Shown here piece by piece: positions 52,829 to 63,681 of a DNA stretch of 64,000 nucleotides (position 1 is the stretch's first letter; every line of letters begins with the position of its first letter). The notes beneath the pieces are model-generated. The model ran no database searches and was not told the origin of the DNA. It saw only the letters and a program-made list of their open reading frames with translations. Source of the DNA: Candidatus Dormiibacterota bacterium (GTDB taxonomy: Bacteria; Chloroflexota; Dormibacteria; Aeolococcales; Aeolococcaceae). The translations under genes were made by a program, and so were the position numbers. The DNA is taken from NCBI GenBank assembly GCA_963709585.1, contig CAVPXI010000011.1:1-64000 (forward strand), given 5' to 3'.

Positions 52829-54358
52829 CTACCCCGAGCGGGGAGAGGCCGGGGTACGCGTCCGTCGCCGGCGCGTTCGAAGCTGGGTGTGCGCCGGGCG
52901 CTCTGGAGACTCCTCTGTCCCAAACGCCTCGAGCTCCTCGGCGAGCCAGCGAGTCATCGCGCCGACGTCGGGCATGGCGTCACGATCGGCGACGATCCCG
53001 ATGTCGAGGCTGCCGTTGTAGCTCATCACCGTGATGTTCAACCCGAGGCCGTCCATGATCACCGAGACCGGGTAGATCGCCTCGAGCAGCGCGCCGGCGC
53101 AATACAGCGGGATCTGGGGCCCGGGCACGTTCGACACAACCAGATTCCACGTCGGCCGCAGGCGCGGATTGCTCGTCCATGCATAGGTGAGCTGGGCGGC
53201 GCGCGTGAAGAGCGCCGGCGGGATGAAGTTGTTGGCGTCCTGCAGCAGCGACGCGGGCAGCGCCTGGTCGCGTTCCTTCATCTCGGCAAGCGACTCGTGG
53301 GTGGCGCGGAGGCGATCAACCGGGTCGGCGATCTCCGTGTGGAGCTCCACGCCCATCAGGAGGATCCGGTTGCCGAAGGTCCCCTGTTGCTCGGGGCTGC
53401 GCACCGACACCGGGATCTGTGCGATCAAGGGGGTCTTGCCGAGCTCTCGATGTTCGAGCAACCAGCGGCGCACCGCGCCCGCGCACATCGACACGACGAC
53501 GTCGTTGACGGTGACACCGTGCTTGTTCTTGACATCTTTGACAGCATCAAGCGGCAGCCGGCCGAAGACGATGCGCCGGTGCGCCGAGATCCTGCCGTTG
53601 AAGGACGTGTGCGGGGGCGTCGAGACCTTGCGTCCGCTGACGATCGGGCTGCGGCGCAGCGTCGCCTGGAGCCGCCGGCCGGCGGCTCCGACCAGCGTGG
53701 CGCCGGGGAGGATGCTGAAGATGCCGACCTCTTCGAAGTTCGGCAACGCTGCCGGCAGCGAGCGCAGCAGACGCAGCGGGTACCGAGGGACTCCGGCCAG
53801 GCCACGCGCCAGCATCTCGAGCTGTGACGGCATCCGGTCGACACCCTCGAGAAGGGGCGGCGGGGCGGGGCGCCCTTTTGGCGTGAGATCCAGGAGGGAT
53901 CCAAGGATCTCGGCGCCGGACAGGCCGTCGATCACCGCGTGGTGGACCTTGGTCATCAGCGCCACGCGTCCGTTCTCGAGGCCGTGGATGAGGTAGATCT
54001 CCCAGAGCGGGCGACTGCGGTCGAGCGGGCGCGAGAAGATGCGCGCAACCTGCTCCTCGAGCTGTGCCGTGGAACCGGGCGGCACCAGCGCCAGCTCACG
54101 CACGTGGAAGTCGACATCGAAGTCCGGGTCGTCGACCCAGTACGCGAAGTCCAGGCCGAACGGGACCTCCGCGAGCCGCCACTTGAAGATCGGGATCAGA
54201 GGAAGGCGGTCGAGGATCAGGTTCTGGAGATCGGTGAGCGCGAGCGCCCCCCCAGGAGCGGTCGAGGGATCGAGCACCAGGACGCCGGTCACGTGCCCGT
54301 AGATTCGTGGCGTCTCGAGGGCCAGAAACTGCGCGTCGAGGCTGGTGAGCTGGCGCAT
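52829..54358 (-). CDS. Wax ester synthase/DGAT family O-acyltransferase
   Basis: LTSLDAQFL, PLDRSRPLWE, HHAVIDG, TVNDVV, SNVPGP. Confidence 0.93.
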   Translation of the reverse strand: MRQLTSLDAQFLALETPRIYGHVTGVLVLDPSTAPGGALALTDLQNLILDRLPLIPIFKWRLAEVPFGLDFAYWVDDPDFDVDFHVRELALVPPGSTAQLEEQVARIFSRPLDRSRPLWEIYLIHGLENGRVALMTKVHHAVIDGLSGAEILGSLLDLTPKGRPAPPPLLEGVDRMPSQLEMLARGLAGVPRYPLRLLRSLPAALPNFEEVGIFSILPGATLVGAAGRRLQATLRRSPIVSGRKVSTPPHTSFNGRISAHRRIVFGRLPLDAVKDVKNKHGVTVNDVVVSMCAGAVRRWLLEHRELGKTPLIAQIPVSVRSPEQQGTFGNRILLMGVELHTEIADPVDRLRATHESLAEMKERDQALPASLLQDANNFIPPALFTRAAQLTYAWTSNPRLRPTWNLVVSNVPGPQIPLYCAGALLEAIYPVSVIMDGLGLNITVMSYNGSLDIGIVADRDAMPDVGAMTRWLAEELEAFGTEESPERPAHTQLRTRRRRTRTPASPRSG

Positions 54359-54438
54359 GCGATCGGGCCAACACTGGCAGAACCCGCCAAGAGCGGTCAA
54401 CTCCGCCCATTCGCCTGTGCATGTGGGATCGTTCGGAC

Positions 54439-55818
54439 GTGCCTCCCGAGATCGCGACCATCGAGACCCCAGAGCTGGGCGACCGCAGCTATGTCATCTT
54501 CGCCGGCGCCGACGCCGTGGTCGTCGACCCCCAGCGCGACATCGATCGCGTGCTCACCCTGTTGTTGGCGCATGGGAGCCGCCTCAGCCACGTCGTCGAG
54601 ACCCACATTCACAACGACTACGTCTCCGGCGGACCCGAGCTCTGCAGGGTCACCGGGGCAAACCTGGTCATCCCGGCGGGGGAGTCGGTGGGATATGCGC
54701 GTCAGGCGATCGCCGAAGGGGACCGGATTCCGCTTGGCGACCTGACCCTGATCGCCCGCCACACCCCGGGCCACACCGCGACCCATATGACGTACCTCCT
54801 CGAGGAGGGCGGACGGCGGATAGCCGCCTTCACCGGTGGATCGATGCTGCTCGGTTCGGTGGGACGCACCGATCTCATCGGTCCCTGGATGACCGATCGC
54901 CTCAGCCATCTCCAGCACCGGTCGGCCCGGCGGCTCTCCGATGAGCTGCCCGATGACGCGGCCATCCTGCCGACCCACGGGTTCGGCAGCCTCTGCTCTG
55001 CCGGGTTCCCGGTCGGCGCCGCCGACACAGCGGACACGCGTCACCAGCGTGCCGAGAACCCCGCGCTGCTCATGGACGAGAACGCGTTCGTCGCCCGGTT
55101 GGTGGCCGGGATGGATGCCTTTCCCCGGTATTACGGGTACATCGCACCACGAAACCGCGCGGGCGCGGGAGCGGCCGACCTCGAGCTGCCGCAGCTGAGC
55201 GACGCTCGCGAGCTTGCCGAGCGGGCACGAGCCGGGGAGTGGGTGGTGGACCTGCGCGAGCGCCGTGCGTTTGCCGACCGGCATCTCGTCGAGACCCTCG
55301 CGTTCGAGCTGTCCGATCCGCTGACCACGTACCTGGGGTGGCTGCTCCCGTGGGGCAGCCCGCTGAGCCTGATCGGACGGTCCCTCGACGACCTCGCGGC
55401 CGCTCGGCGTGCGCTGGCGCGCATCGGCATCGAGACGATCGCCGCGTGTGGCCTGAGCGACGGCGAGAACGGGGACGACCCCTGGGCCGGTCTCGCGACC
55501 GGAGCGTACCCGGTGGTCGGATTCGGCGATCTCAAGGGGTTCGCCGGCGCTCCCGGCGAGGTCGTCCTCGACGTGCGTCTCGGGCGTGAGTGGCGAGAAG
55601 GGCACCTCGCGACCGCGATGCACATCCCGCTGCACGAGCTGCCCGACCGCATCGACGAGGTTCCCAGCGGCAGAGTTTGGGCTCACTGCGCCGCCGGGTA
55701 TCGCGCGGCGGTGGCGGGCTCGCTCCTGGCTCGCGCGAGGCGCGACGTCATGGTGGTGAGCGACCAGTTCAGCAATGCGGCCAACGCCGGGCTGGACATC
55801 GTCTCCAGCTGCGACTGA
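54439..55818 (+). CDS. MBL-fold hydrolase with rhodanese domains (persulfide dioxygenase/sulfurtransferase-like)
   Basis: DPQRD, ETHIHNDY, TPGHT, GRTDL, PTHG, HCAAGYR. Confidence 0.88.
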   Translation: MPPEIATIETPELGDRSYVIFAGADAVVVDPQRDIDRVLTLLLAHGSRLSHVVETHIHNDYVSGGPELCRVTGANLVIPAGESVGYARQAIAEGDRIPLGDLTLIARHTPGHTATHMTYLLEEGGRRIAAFTGGSMLLGSVGRTDLIGPWMTDRLSHLQHRSARRLSDELPDDAAILPTHGFGSLCSAGFPVGAADTADTRHQRAENPALLMDENAFVARLVAGMDAFPRYYGYIAPRNRAGAGAADLELPQLSDARELAERARAGEWVVDLRERRAFADRHLVETLAFELSDPLTTYLGWLLPWGSPLSLIGRSLDDLAAARRALARIGIETIAACGLSDGENGDDPWAGLATGAYPVVGFGDLKGFAGAPGEVVLDVRLGREWREGHLATAMHIPLHELPDRIDEVPSGRVWAHCAAGYRAAVAGSLLARARRDVMVVSDQFSNAANAGLDIVSSCD

Positions 55819-55840
55819 GCAACCGCAGCGTTTGGTGGCG

Positions 55841-57475
55841 ATGAGCTTCGCCACGCGCGCTGTCGAGGTGCTCGCACGCATCCCACCCGCGAGAACGCGC
55901 GCAGTCACGGTTCGTCGTGACATCGAGATCGCCATGCCGGACGGAATCACGCTTCTCGCCGACCGGTATCGGGCCCGCGAGGATGACGCCCAGCCGATCA
56001 TCCTGATGCGCAGCCCCTACGGTCGGACAGGGGTCTGGGCGCTCGGGGCGCGCGTGTTCGCCGAGCGCGGCTACCAGGTCATCCTGCAGAGTTGCCGGGG
56101 CACGGGCGGCTCCGGCGGCGAGTTCAACGCCTATCGCAACGAAATGCCCGACGGGCTCGCCACGCTCGCCTGGATCGAGCGGCAACCCTGGTTCTCCGGG
56201 AAGATCGCCACGTTCGGCCCCAGCTACCTCGGGATCGCGCAGTGGGCGATCGCCAGCGACCCGCCACCGTCGCTGCGCGCCATGGCCACGCCGATCTCCT
56301 CGGCCCGGGTGCGCAGGTTCACCTACCCGGGCGGCTCGTTCTCGCTGGAGAGCACGCTGTCGTGGCTGGCGCTGCTCGCGCGTCCGGGCCGCGGCGGCCG
56401 CCTCGGCCTTCGCGAGCGACTCGCGGCGCCCAAGCGGATGAAGCGAGGATTCGCGGCGATACCGCTCCGTGATGCGGACGTGGCGGTCACTGGGGAGCGT
56501 GTGCTCTTTTATCAGGACTGGCTCGCGCGCAAGGACGACGATGCCTTCTGGGGTCCTGTCGAGTTCGAACGCCGTCTCGACTCGCTGACCGTGCCGGTCA
56601 CGATGGTCACCGGCTGGTACGACATGTTCCTGCCCGCGCAACTTGCCGACTACCGCGCACTCCGTGCCGCGGGGCGAGAGGTGCGCCTGACGATCGGACC
56701 CTGGAAGCACACTGACCCGGGCGTCGCCGCCGAGAGCCTGCGCGATTCGCTCGACTGGTTCGAGAGGCATCTACTGGATCGCGACCGGAGCCCGCGACGG
56801 TCGCGGGTCCGGCTGTTTGTCGGCGGCGCGCGCCGATGGCTCGATGTCGACGAGTGGCCGCTCCCGGCGCGGGCAGCGCGCTGGCATCTGCATCCGGGCG
56901 GCCTGCTCCACACGCGGCTCCCCGGGGCGTCGGCTCCGGATCGGTACCGATATGACCCGTCGAATCCGACGCCGTCGGTAGGCGGCAGCTTGCTCTCGAG
57001 GTCCGGAGGGCCACGCGACAACCGGGCCCTCGAGCGGCGCAGCGACGTGCTCGTCTACACCTCGGCAACGCTGGTTCGCGACGTCGAGGTGATCGGGCCG
57101 GTCACCGCCGAGTTGCACGTGCGATCGACCCTGGAGCACACGGATTTCTTCGTCAGGCTCTGCGACGTCGAGCCCTCGGGAGTGTCCCGGAACATCAGCG
57201 ACGGGCTGGTGCGCTTGGTCCCGACCTCGTGGGAGCGGGGGGAGGACGGCGTGGCAACGGTCGAGGTGCCGCTCTGGCCCGCCGCGCACGTCTTCCGCCG
57301 CGGTCATCGCCTTCGGGTGCAGGTGTCGAGCGGCGCACACCCGAGGTTCGCTCGCAACCTCGGTGGGGGAGAACCGCTCGCCACCGCGGTGACCATGCAC
57401 GTTGCCGATCAGGAGGTCTGGCATGACCCCGACCATCGGTCGGCGATCGTGCTTCCGCTCAGGGAAACGGGCTAG
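55841..57475 (+). CDS. CocE/NonD family hydrolase
   Basis: MPDGITL, RSPYG, GPSYLG, GWYD, GPWKH, RFARN. Confidence 0.92.
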   Translation: MSFATRAVEVLARIPPARTRAVTVRRDIEIAMPDGITLLADRYRAREDDAQPIILMRSPYGRTGVWALGARVFAERGYQVILQSCRGTGGSGGEFNAYRNEMPDGLATLAWIERQPWFSGKIATFGPSYLGIAQWAIASDPPPSLRAMATPISSARVRRFTYPGGSFSLESTLSWLALLARPGRGGRLGLRERLAAPKRMKRGFAAIPLRDADVAVTGERVLFYQDWLARKDDDAFWGPVEFERRLDSLTVPVTMVTGWYDMFLPAQLADYRALRAAGREVRLTIGPWKHTDPGVAAESLRDSLDWFERHLLDRDRSPRRSRVRLFVGGARRWLDVDEWPLPARAARWHLHPGGLLHTRLPGASAPDRYRYDPSNPTPSVGGSLLSRSGGPRDNRALERRSDVLVYTSATLVRDVEVIGPVTAELHVRSTLEHTDFFVRLCDVEPSGVSRNISDGLVRLVPTSWERGEDGVATVEVPLWPAAHVFRRGHRLRVQVSSGAHPRFARNLGGGEPLATAVTMHVADQEVWHDPDHRSAIVLPLRETG

Positions 57476-57921
57476 CGAGCAGCTCCTGTGGGGACGCGTT
57501 CGCGCGTCTTCTCGCCGGCGTGATCGGGGTGTTCCGGCGCGGCGTCCTCGACCGCGTCGAGCGCGCTGAGCCAGTGAGGTGGCGGTGATGCCGACGGGAC
57601 GGGAGGCGGTTCGGGGCCGTCATCACCCCGTTCGGGCCCGTCGTCGACCGCCGCCTGCTGGTTGTGGTCGTTGTCGAATGTGATCAGGTAGATCGAGGCG
57701 ATCGCGGTCATGGTCACCAGCGCGAAGAACGAGAACGGCAAGCGGTACACCCACCCGACGTCGTCGGGCAACCCCGGCATGAACGCCACCAGCACCGCGC
57801 TGACGATGCCGACGCCAGGGGGGAGGAGCCAGACCCACACGCTTCGGCCTTCGCGATCGATCCCGAGCCGCCCCTCGAGGCGTCGGAAGAAGGCAGCGAG
57901 CCGCATCTTGATTGGGGCCAT
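57472..57921 (-). CDS. Hypothetical two-TM membrane protein
   Basis: Two hydrophobic segments followed by an acidic/Pro-rich tail. Confidence 0.6.
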   Translation of the reverse strand: MAPIKMRLAAFFRRLEGRLGIDREGRSVWVWLLPPGVGIVSAVLVAFMPGLPDDVGWVYRLPFSFFALVTMTAIASIYLITFDNDHNQQAAVDDGPERGDDGPEPPPVPSASPPPHWLSALDAVEDAAPEHPDHAGEKTRERVPTGAAR

Positions 57922-57958
57922 CTCTGTTGTCCTGTCTTCAGTCTATCGTGGATGACAC

Positions 57959-58453
57959 ATGAGCACTGCCGTGACCCGACAGATTATCGGCGCCGCCGAG
58001 CTGAAGCGTCTGTCGCCTCGGTTCTGGCTGGCGCGGCAGGCTGAGCTCGCACTCTTCTGGGGACCGGTCTTCATCGCAGCGCTGGTCGTCGCGCTGATCA
58101 TCCATGCGGGAGCGGCGGTTCTGCTGCCGGTGGTCGTGGCGCTCACCGCCTGCTCTGCCTGGTTCGTCGAGCGCGGTCGCTACCGGTCCTGGGGGTACGC
58201 CGAGCGCGAGGACGACCTGATAGTCAGCCGGGGTTTGCTGTTTCGCCACGTGTCGGTCGTGCCCTATGGACGCATGCAGTTCATCGACGTCACCGCCGGA
58301 CCGATCGATCGTGCCTTCGGTCTCGCGACGGTCCAGCTCCACACCGCGGCGGCGGCGACCGACGCCCGCATCCCCGGGCTGCCCCGCCCCGACGCCGACG
58401 CGCTTCGCGACCGGCTGGCGCTGGTGGGGGAGGCCAAGGCGACCGGCCTGTGA
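57959..58453 (+). CDS. Bacterial PH-domain membrane protein (YdbS-like)
   Basis: RGLLFR..VPYGRMQ..GPIDRAFGLA..IPGL. Confidence 0.88.
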   Translation: MSTAVTRQIIGAAELKRLSPRFWLARQAELALFWGPVFIAALVVALIIHAGAAVLLPVVVALTACSAWFVERGRYRSWGYAEREDDLIVSRGLLFRHVSVVPYGRMQFIDVTAGPIDRAFGLATVQLHTAAAATDARIPGLPRPDADALRDRLALVGEAKATGL

Positions 58454-59844
58454 GCCTGATGCCACCCCCGGTGGTCGCGGTGTTGCCGCTCGGGGTGGGC
58501 GAGACCTGGCGCCGGCTGCACCCGCTCTCGCCGATCGTCCGCTTCGGAAGAGTGTTGATCGGGGTGCTTGGGGTCGCGGTGGCGTCCATCGCCGAGCAGC
58601 CCGGCATGCGCCACGACGGAGGGCTTCCGATCTCGGTGATCGTCTACGTCGGCCTGCTCGTCCTCGGCGGTATCGGCGGGGTCATCTCGTGGCTGGTGAC
58701 CCGCTGGAGGATCGCCGACGGCAACCTCCAGATCGAGACCGGGTTCATCCGGCGGCAGTCGCTGCGCATCCCACTGGCGCGGGTCCAGGCGGTCGACGTC
58801 ATCGCACCGCTCCTGGGGCGCTTTCTCGGTTTGGCCGAGGTTCGTGTCGTGTCCGCTGGTCGAGGCGCCGAGCACGGCCGGCTCGCGTACCTCACCGCCG
58901 CCCAGGCGCCCGTCGTCCGAGCCCGGCTGCTCGCGCTTGCCCACGGCCTCGAGGCCGGCACCCCCGAGCCGGCCGCGCTGCCGCTCCTGCACGTGCAGAA
59001 CGGGCTGCTCCTTCCCGCGCTCCTGATGCGCTCACGCGTGCTGGCGCCGATCCTCATCGCCATCGCCGCCGTCGCGGGGATCGCGGCTGCCCCGGTCATC
59101 GCTCCCGGCGCGCTCGGCAGCGTGATCACCGTGCTCGTGGTCAGCGGGCTCGGCGTCGCCCGAGCCTTCAACGAGGACTTCGATTTCGCCATCAGCGAGG
59201 CGGGCGACGGCGTGCGCCTCGACCGCGGTCTGCTCCAACGCCGCCACGAGACCATCCCGTACGGCCGCATCCAGGCGGTGCGCGTCGTCGAGCCGCTCTT
59301 CTGGCGCGCATTCGGCTGGGCGCGTCTCGAGGTCGATGTGGCCCGCCAGAGCGTGTCCCGCGAGGCGGATCGTGACGCGCAGCAGGTTGCGAGGACGCTG
59401 ATCCCGGTGGCGTCGCGCGACCAGGCGTTGTGGCTGCTGGCGCGGGTCATGCCGGACGCGCACCCGAATCCGCCGCCCGATGCAGGCCCCCCGTCGCGAG
59501 CGCGCCTCAAGGCCCCGCTCTCCTTTCATCTTCTCGCCGCCTGGTTCGGGCAGCGCTACGTCTACGCGCGGACGGGGCGCGTGCAGGTGTCGACGATCAT
59601 CGTGCCGCTGGTCAAGGTGCAGAGCGTGCGGCTCAAATCTGGTCCGCTGCAACGCGCCTTTCATGTCGGGACCGTCGACGTGGACACCGCCGGGCGCCGC
59701 TGGCAGGCGTCTGCCCGCTGCCGCGACGAGCACGAGGCGGTCGAGATGGTGCGCCATATCAGCGAACGCGCGCGCCTGTCCAGGCGGGTGCCGCCGCCAC
59801 TGCCCGCGCACCCGGCGCCGGCGCCGGCGCCGGCTGCTGGTTAG
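58450..59844 (+). CDS. Bacterial PH-domain membrane protein (YdbT-like)
   Basis: WRRLHP, three bPH_2 repeats (IPLARVQ, IPYGRIQ, VPLVKVQ). Confidence 0.88.
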   Translation: MSLMPPPVVAVLPLGVGETWRRLHPLSPIVRFGRVLIGVLGVAVASIAEQPGMRHDGGLPISVIVYVGLLVLGGIGGVISWLVTRWRIADGNLQIETGFIRRQSLRIPLARVQAVDVIAPLLGRFLGLAEVRVVSAGRGAEHGRLAYLTAAQAPVVRARLLALAHGLEAGTPEPAALPLLHVQNGLLLPALLMRSRVLAPILIAIAAVAGIAAAPVIAPGALGSVITVLVVSGLGVARAFNEDFDFAISEAGDGVRLDRGLLQRRHETIPYGRIQAVRVVEPLFWRAFGWARLEVDVARQSVSREADRDAQQVARTLIPVASRDQALWLLARVMPDAHPNPPPDAGPPSRARLKAPLSFHLLAAWFGQRYVYARTGRVQVSTIIVPLVKVQSVRLKSGPLQRAFHVGTVDVDTAGRRWQASARCRDEHEAVEMVRHISERARLSRRVPPPLPAHPAPAPAPAAG

Positions 59845-59873
59845 CGGGCGTACGTGGCAATATCGCAGTAAAG

Positions 59874-60071
59874 ATGGCGGTGACAGCCCGGTGCGACTGC
59901 GACGGAGAGGAGACACCGATTTTCCGACTCGCCGCGGTGATCCTCGACGGCAGGCTCGCTCGTGTCTGTCCGAACTGCGCCTCGAAGTACAAGAATCGCA
60001 TCGAGATGCCGTACTCGCCGCGCGTCGACCAGGGGGCGATTCAACCGAGCACCTCGAGGGAGGTCTGGTAG
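59874..60071 (+). CDS. Small putative zinc-binding protein
   Basis: 65 aa with CDC...CPNC; fits exactly between ydbT-like gene and pyrF. Confidence 0.6.
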   Translation: MAVTARCDCDGEETPIFRLAAVILDGRLARVCPNCASKYKNRIEMPYSPRVDQGAIQPSTSREVW

Positions 60072-60075
60072 CGCC

Positions 60076-60864
60076 GTGACATTCGTCGCACGCCTGGACG
60101 CGTGCGTCGAAGCGTCCGGGTCGCTGCTCTGCTGCGGCCTCGACCCTGACGGGTTCGCGAGCGCCGCGGAGGCCGAGCGTCGCTGCCTCGAGATCGTCGA
60201 CGAGACCATCGAGCACGTCTGCGCGTTCAAACCGAACCTCGCATTCTTCGAGCAGCTCGGTTCGGCCGGCTACGCGGTTCTGGAGCGCCTGCGGGCCCGG
60301 ATTCCGCGCAATCGCATCCTGATCCTCGACGCCAAGCGTGGTGACGTGGGCAACACCGCCGTGGCGTACGCGCGAGCGCTCTTCGACGTTCTCGGCGCGG
60401 ATTGCGTCACCGTCAATCCGCTGCTCGGCGGCAACTCGGTGCTGCCGTTCCTGGAGCGTCAGGGCCGTGGTGCGCTGCTCGTCGCCCGGAGCAGCAATCC
60501 TGGTGCGTCGGATCTGCTCGACGCGCGCCTCGAATCCGGCATGCCGGTGAGCGCTCGGATCGTCGAGCTCGGCCTCGGCTGGGACCCCGGCGGGGCGGTC
60601 GGCTTCGTCGTCGGGGCGACCAGGCCCGAGGCCGTCGCCGCGATCCGCGCGGCGGCGCCGGACGCACCATTGCTGCTTCCCGGGGTCGGGGCCCAGGGTG
60701 GCGCGCTCGAGGAGTCGGTCGCGGCGGGCCTCGATGTCCGCGGCCGCGGCGCGATCATCTCGGTGACCAGGGGCATCGCGACAGCGCCTGAGGGTGCCGC
60801 TCGCGCCGCACGGGGGTTTCGCGAGCGTATCGAGGAAGTCCGCGCCGCGGTTGCACACGTGTGA
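60076..60864 (+). CDS. pyrF: Orotidine-5'-phosphate decarboxylase
   Basis: [40 protein letters not shown]. Confidence 0.95.
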   Translation: MTFVARLDACVEASGSLLCCGLDPDGFASAAEAERRCLEIVDETIEHVCAFKPNLAFFEQLGSAGYAVLERLRARIPRNRILILDAKRGDVGNTAVAYARALFDVLGADCVTVNPLLGGNSVLPFLERQGRGALLVARSSNPGASDLLDARLESGMPVSARIVELGLGWDPGGAVGFVVGATRPEAVAAIRAAAPDAPLLLPGVGAQGGALEESVAAGLDVRGRGAIISVTRGIATAPEGAARAARGFRERIEEVRAAVAHV

Positions 60865-61796
60865 CCGTCCCGCTTGCGCTCATCCGCAACCACGACCAGG
60901 CCGAGCACGCGAGCCCGGGTCATCCGGAGCGGCCGGAGAGGGTTACCGCGATCCTCGAGGGCATCGCCGCGAACGGAGCGCTCGCCACGCTGCCCTGGCT
61001 GGACGCGCCGGCGGGGGACCGCGCTCTGCCCCGCATGGTGCATACGGAGGACGAGGTGCGACGCGTCGAGCGAATGGCCGTGGCCGGCGGTGGCTGGCTC
61101 GATCCCGACACCTACTGCACCGAGGCGTCCTATGCGGTGGCGCTGAACGCGGCGGCGTGCGCAGCGCGGGCGGCTGAGGCGCTGATGCACGGGGAGGCAC
61201 GGGCGGCGTTCGCGGTGATCCGGCCGCCCGGGCATCACGCGACCCCGCACCTGCCGATGGGGTTCTGCCTCTTCAACAACGCGGCCATCGCGGTGCGCGC
61301 GGCCCAGAACGCGGGGGCTTCACGGGTCGCGGTCGTGGACATCGACGTCCATCACGGCAACGGAACCCAGGACATCTTCTACGCCGACGCGTCGGTCCTG
61401 TACACGTCCCTGCATCAGTTTCCGTGGTACCCCGGCACCGGGCACGCGTCCGATCACGGTGATCCTGGCGCCTCTGGTGCGACACTGAACGTTCCCGTTC
61501 CGCCGGGGACCGACGGCAGCCGTTGGCTCGAGCTGTTCGACGAGGTCGTGACCCCGGAGGTGGCCGCGTTCGATCCGGATGTCCTGGTGGTCAGCGCCGG
61601 GTTCGACGCTCACCGGGATGACCCGCTCGCCGAGCTGCGTCTCGAGGACGAGACGTACGCGGCGATCGCCGACCGGGTGCGAACCCTCGCCGACACGCAC
61701 TGCGAGGGACGATCCCTATGGCTCCTCGAAGGCGGTTACGACCTTCGAGCAATCGCCGCCTCGGTGGCGGGATGCCTGCACGTCCTCGCCGCCTGA
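60861..61796 (+). CDS. Histone deacetylase family protein
   Basis: [42 protein letters not shown]. Confidence 0.95.
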   Translation: MTVPLALIRNHDQAEHASPGHPERPERVTAILEGIAANGALATLPWLDAPAGDRALPRMVHTEDEVRRVERMAVAGGGWLDPDTYCTEASYAVALNAAACAARAAEALMHGEARAAFAVIRPPGHHATPHLPMGFCLFNNAAIAVRAAQNAGASRVAVVDIDVHHGNGTQDIFYADASVLYTSLHQFPWYPGTGHASDHGDPGASGATLNVPVPPGTDGSRWLELFDEVVTPEVAAFDPDVLVVSAGFDAHRDDPLAELRLEDETYAAIADRVRTLADTHCEGRSLWLLEGGYDLRAIAASVAGCLHVLAA

Positions 61797-62648
61797 CACA
61801 CGGGGGAATCCCCCGTGTACCCCTTGTCTTTGCGTTTGCCGCGGCCGTGGGTGCACTGGTGATGGTCTCCGGCTGTGCGGGCGTGCCGTCAACCCCGTCG
61901 CGGACGCCGCCGCCGTCGAGCACGCCAACCGCGGTGACGATCGTCACCCCGAGCCCGACGCCGCAGCTCGTCGGCACCACCCGCACCGTGCTCAGCCCTC
62001 TCGGCCTCCGCATCCACTCGGCGCCGGTGCTCGAACTCCAAGAACGTCCTCGGCGGGTTCTCGCAGGGCAGGACCTTCACCGTTCTCGAATATCAGAGCG
62101 GTGGCGGAGGATGGTTCCGGGTCCAGGGTCAGACGCTCACCGGGTGGGTCGTCGCCGATCCGTCGCTCAGCGCCGCGAGCACGTTCAACCGATACTCGGC
62201 GGCGAACGGCGTGACGGCGCTCTACCCTCAGACGTGGGGGTTCCAGCAGGAGCCGGATAGCACCCTGTTCGTCCCCCAGCAGGGCGGCACGGACAGCGCG
62301 CTGCTCGAGATGAGGAACAGCCTCAAGTCATACGCGGCGCCGGGATTGCCGGGATACACGCCGTCCAGCTCGGCCTCCGTTCTGGTGTGCGGCTACACCG
62401 GGACGCTCGCCTACTACGTGAAGGAAGTCTCGTACACGGGTCCGACGCCGGTACCGCTGCCGGTCGCCCGGCAGCCGCTCTACGCCGAGATACGTCTGAC
62501 CATCGATTCGACGCATGCGATGCTGCTCGGCTTCAACTACGAGAACAGCAGCCAGCTCGACGTGTTCTCCGCGCTGTACAACTCGATTGCGTTCCCGTTC
62601 CCGTTGTGCGAGGCCCCTGCGGCGGCGACCCCGAAGCCTGCGCCTTAG
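61772..62648 (+). CDS. SH3-domain lipoprotein (frameshifted near 62035)
   Basis: Lipobox VSGC, PT-rich linker, [25 protein letters not shown]3b pattern after one-base repair; start uncertain. Confidence 0.7.
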
Positions 62649-63620
62649 AGGACGGTCGTCCCCGTACTCTGGTTCACGCCGGGGACGGAGTTGCTGTTGA
62701 CGATCGCCGTGTTGGCGATCGACATCCCGGCGGCGGCGACCACCAGGATCGCGACATAGGCTGCGCCGAGGCCAAGCCGCCGTGAGGCGGCGGCCTGTGC
62801 AGGGTCGGTCGTCTGGTTGCTCCGGCGAAACCGGCCGATGGTGTGGAAGATGCCGAGCACGAGAAAGATCAATCCGATGGGGTTGCCGAACAGGAGCACG
62901 ACGCCCGCGACCACGAGCAGCCCGAGCACGTTCATCCATTTCGGGATCGCGTCGGCGACCTTGGCGCCGTCGAGAAAGCCCACCGGAATCAGGTTGATGA
63001 GGTTCAGGAAGCACCCGAAGTACGCGAGCGCGAGCAAGAGGTAGCGGGCATACCCGGGGTTCGCGGCGCCTGCCAGCAGAAAGCACAGCAGTGCGGCGAC
63101 CGTCCCGAGTGCCGGACCGGCGAGCGCGATGATGCCCGACCTGCCCGCGTCACCAGGTGAACGGCCCAGGCTGGTGACCGCGCCCAGGGGGCCGATGAAG
63201 ATCGGCAACCGCGCGGGCAGGCCCATCCATCTCGCGACGATGAAATGCCCGAGCTCGTGGATGAGGATCAGCACGACGAGACCGATCGCGAACGCCGGTC
63301 CGAAGAACAGCGTGTAGAACCAGATCGCGATGATCATGGTGATCAGGGTCGGCCCGAAAGTGCCGAACTTGACCAAAAATAGACCGTACTTGACGAAGAC
63401 GAAGAGGGCGGCCAGGATGCCGCCGGTCGCGCCCTCGCGACGCCGGCGCTGCTGGCGCGGCGCCGTCGGGCTGTGCTGGGGCGGGGACGCAGGACGGGTC
63501 GGCCCCGGTGGTGGAAGCCAGGATGCGCTGTCGCCCGAGGTGGTGACGGGACTGTCCGGCAGCCATTGGTAGACGGGTGGCTGGTCGCCGCCGGGCGGAG
63601 GAAGCTGAACTCATCTGCAT
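62645..63620 (-). CDS. Site-2 protease (M50) (frameshifted near 63609)
   Basis: HELGH, ALAGP, NLIPVGFLDG; the frame is open upstream to 63609 and repair gives MQMSQLPPPGGDQ. Confidence 0.88.
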
Positions 63621-63681
63621 CGATCATGGCACGCCCCGCTGAACCGGCCGATCAATCGTTGGCGCTAAGGTGTGCCGTCAC

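Noticed and set aside
54397-60858. Long antisense ORFs (534 aa and 608 aa)
   Set aside because: Typical high-GC shadows opposite well-supported genes, with no motifs
12147-63620. Mass pseudogenisation or programmed ribosomal frameshifting
   Set aside because: The breaks are simple frameshifts without visible further decay, mostly at one DNA motif in either orientation; a sequencing artefact is more parsimonious
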